A model generated the notes under the pieces. It saw nothing but the letters and a program-made list of their open reading frames with translations, had not been told where the DNA came from and did not search any database. From a virus (taxonomy: Duplodnaviria > Heunggongvirae > Uroviricota > Caudoviricetes), in IMG/VR virus record IMGVR_UViG_2713897140_000009, positions 1 to 5,943 of that record: a DNA stretch of 5,943 bases; one strand, given 5' to 3'. Numbering within the stretch: the stretch's first letter is position 1; the number at the start of each line of letters is the position of its first letter. This document shows positions 4,609-5,943 of the stretch, piece by piece. The translations under genes were made by a program, and so were the position numbers.

Positions 4609-4862
4609 GCTGTCTGCTCTCCGGTTTTAACGTTGATGGTTGTCACCTGTTCCGCTTCGGCAATCTCCCGTTCTGTCAGCGTGGCAAAGTTTGCTGCCGC
4701 CGTGGTCATGAATGCGCTTATCAGTTCAGGATGTGCTTTCGCGTATCCTTCTCCCGCGTTGCGGTCGATGATTTTTATCGCCACCCTCAGCCAGTGCTCT
4801 GTAAGGTCAATGGCGCGGTTATGTTGCTTCTTCTGATTGTTAAGTTTTCCTGATGTGTGCAT
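4605..4862 (-). CDS. Hypothetical 85-aa protein between the origin and the SSB gene
   Basis: ATG at 4862 with GAGGGGGG about 11 nt upstream; stop overlaps the SSB start (ATGA), suggesting translational coupling. Family not recognised. Confidence 0.5.
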   Translation of the reverse strand: MHTSGKLNNQKKQHNRAIDLTEHWLRVAIKIIDRNAGEGYAKAHPELISAFMTTAAANFATLTEREIAEAEQVTTINVKTGEQTA

Positions 4863-4911
4863 TTTTGTTTTTACCCCCCTCGTTTAAAAAGTTTTGGAGA
4901 TACCCCCACCT

Positions 4912-5138
4912 TGTCTACCTTATCTACCTGGTGGATGCTCAGGCCAGTAATGACGCGGGTTTTATGGTGGTAGACAGTAAAAAATCTCTGTCTACCTGAT
5001 GTCTACCCATCCCTCCGACTGGCTACAAAAACAGGTAGACAAGGTAGACAGCTTGTAGACAGTAAAAAAAAGCTGTCTACCTAAATTAATACACTGAATT
5101 AAAACAACTTTTATGTAATCAGGTAGACAAGGTAGACA
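4912..5138. repeat. Iteron-type replication origin: 11 copies of the 8-bp iteron GGTAGACA/TGTCTACC in both orientations, interspersed with A-tracts
   Basis: TGTCTACC at 4912, 4989, 5000, 5074 and a variant at 4921; GGTAGACA at 4969, 5034, 5043, 5122, 5131 and a variant at 5055. Tandem pairs have a 9-bp period. AGGTAGACAAGGTAGACAG occurs twice (5032-5050, 5120-5138). A-rich tracts at 4976-4984 and 5062-5070 could act as an unwinding element. Lies directly downstream of the rep ORF. Confidence 0.65.
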
Positions 5139-5152
5139 GCAATTGCCAAAAA

Positions 5153-5878
5153 TTATAAAAACGCGTCGCAATCGTCGGTTGTTATTGCGTTAGTCTGCGT
5201 CACTCCATTAATTTTTCGCGTAATATATTCATGTCCGTAAACTTTTGCGGCTGGCTTCATGGCCTTGCCAAAGTCATTTACGTTTAGTGGTTTGGTTCTG
5301 CCTGCGTATGCCATAAACGCCAGATAGACGCGGTAAAGGCTGTTTCTGGTCGTGTACTTCACGGAATCGCCACCGCCACCCATCATCAGGCCACGTGCTT
5401 CCTCCAGAAAATTCAGGAACTGGCAAAACTCAATAACCGGATCCGTTTGCTGCTTTATCGCCAGTGCTTCATCACCGTCACGCTGTTCCAGTAGTAAAGC
5501 CCGCGCCTTTTCAGGGTCTGCAAAGTTCGCCAGTAATCGGCGGATAATGACGGGGATTTCAGCCGCAATCTTTTCCGGTAGTTCCCTGTCTTTTTCGGCC
5601 TCGTTGACGATATTGTCGAAACGGAAAATCACGCGACGACGTGCCACGCCTCCGGCCCGTTCGGTGAATATCATCGGATTGTTATTGGTTGCCAGCACCA
5701 CCGCCCTGATTACCGCCGTAAAACGCTTTTCATATTTCGGGTTAATTTCCACGGGGTCGCCGCCCGTGATTTTCTTGATGCCCGTTCCTTCGCCTGTATA
5801 TTTCGGCTGGTCTGCCAGGACGATAAGACGACTCCCGACAACCTGTGCACGCCCACCAGCATCATCAAGCGATGTCAT
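5153..5878 (-). CDS. Replication protein resembling the C-terminal region of P4-family (D5-like) primase/SF3 helicases; no Walker A in this ORF
   Basis: GSRLIVLADQ (Walker-B-like region), KKITGGDPV, VVLATNNNP (SF3 motif-C-like TNNxP), RRRVIFRFDN and ELPEKIAAEIPVII match the conserved post-Walker-A pattern of P4 alpha-type proteins as I recall it. No GxxxxGK[ST] motif is present. The ATG overlaps the stop of the upstream ORF (ATGA). Confidence 0.6.
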   Translation of the reverse strand: MTSLDDAGGRAQVVGSRLIVLADQPKYTGEGTGIKKITGGDPVEINPKYEKRFTAVIRAVVLATNNNPMIFTERAGGVARRRVIFRFDNIVNEAEKDRELPEKIAAEIPVIIRRLLANFADPEKARALLLEQRDGDEALAIKQQTDPVIEFCQFLNFLEEARGLMMGGGGDSVKYTTRNSLYRVYLAFMAYAGRTKPLNVNDFGKAMKPAAKVYGHEYITRKINGVTQTNAITTDDCDAFL

Positions 5879-5943
5879 CTCAGCGCTGATATGACTTTCC
5901 GTGTCAAACCGGAATCTCTAATTTTGACGATTTTCTTTTTAGG
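5875..5943 (-). CDS. 3' end of an upstream ORF continuing beyond the window (C-terminus ...PKKKIVKIRDSGLTRKVISALR)
   Basis: The only minus-strand frame open to the window edge; its TGA overlaps the rep ATG. Too short to identify. Confidence 0.3.
   Translation of the reverse strand, partial: PKKKIVKIRDSGLTRKVISALR

Larger units (their letters stand above)
1..5943 (-). mobile_element. Segment of a phage-satellite-like mobile element (replication module + cos site + capsid cassette); boundaries not in window
   Basis: Co-occurrence on one strand of a P4-family helicase C-terminal ORF, iteron origin, SSB, lambda-type cos, Nu1-like ORF and gpE/gpD homologs, with no portal, protease, terL or tail genes. 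Integrase and att sites not seen in window. Confidence 0.5.

Noticed and set aside
4074-4853. Plus-strand ORFs 4074..4310, 4196..4588, 4231..4464, 4422..4853 and 4633..4836
   Set aside because: Antisense to the SSB and orf85 genes and overlapping the cos/terminator segment; low-complexity Pro/Cys/Ser-rich translations.
4912-5138. Possible CRISPR array
   Set aside because: Repeats are only 8 bp, occur in both orientations with irregular spacing and A-tracts, and adjoin a rep gene; this fits iterons, not CRISPR repeats and spacers.
5352-5894. Plus-strand 180-aa ORF
   Set aside because: Antisense to the rep ORF, which carries recognisable SF3 helicase motifs; the translation is Ser/Pro/Ala-rich and low complexity.
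1-5943. Interpretation as an ordinary lambdoid prophage head region
   Set aside because: cos and the Nu1-like gene are not followed by gene A; no portal, protease, scaffold or tail genes between cos and the capsid genes; E/D order is inverted; and an iteron origin, SSB and P4-type helicase-C gene lie next to the capsid cassette. This cannot be excluded without flanking sequence.

Overview
Every supportable gene in this 5.9-kb window is on the minus strand, and together they look like part of a phage-satellite-like mobile element (PICI/P4-like logic) rather than a complete prophage. Reading the minus strand from high to low coordinates: (1) a replication module: the tail of an upstream ORF, a P4-family primase/SF3-helicase C-terminal-domain ORF that lacks a Walker A motif, an iteron origin (11 copies of GGTAGACA/TGTCTACC with A-tracts), an 85-aa ORF and an SSB-like protein ending in DNIPF; (2) a terminator followed by a cosQ/cosN-like segment; (3) a self-contained capsid cassette with its own candidate promoter and dyad operators: a small 68-aa ORF, a lambda gpE-like major capsid protein, a lambda gpD-like decoration protein and a 137-aa ORF; (4) a second terminator followed by a full lambda-type cos site (cosQ identical to lambda's GGGTCCTTTCCGG, a cosN with a different predicted cohesive end, a conserved CTATTTATGAAAATTTT block, and three novel ATGTCCGGTT repeats where lambda has its R sites); (5) a Nu1-like HTH ORF that is out of frame at a C5 run and is not followed by a large terminase gene; (6) about 1 kb with no ORF of 66 aa or more but dense with perfect palindromes, hairpins and direct repeats. 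No portal, protease, large terminase or tail genes are present in the window. The most interesting hypothesis is a satellite that carries its own lambda-type capsid and decoration genes plus its own cos/small-terminase-like specificity module, with the capsid cassette bracketed by duplicated terminator-cosQ-cosN segments. All homology calls rest on my recall of lambda gpE, gpD, Nu1, E. coli SSB and the lambda cos sequence, not on database searches.
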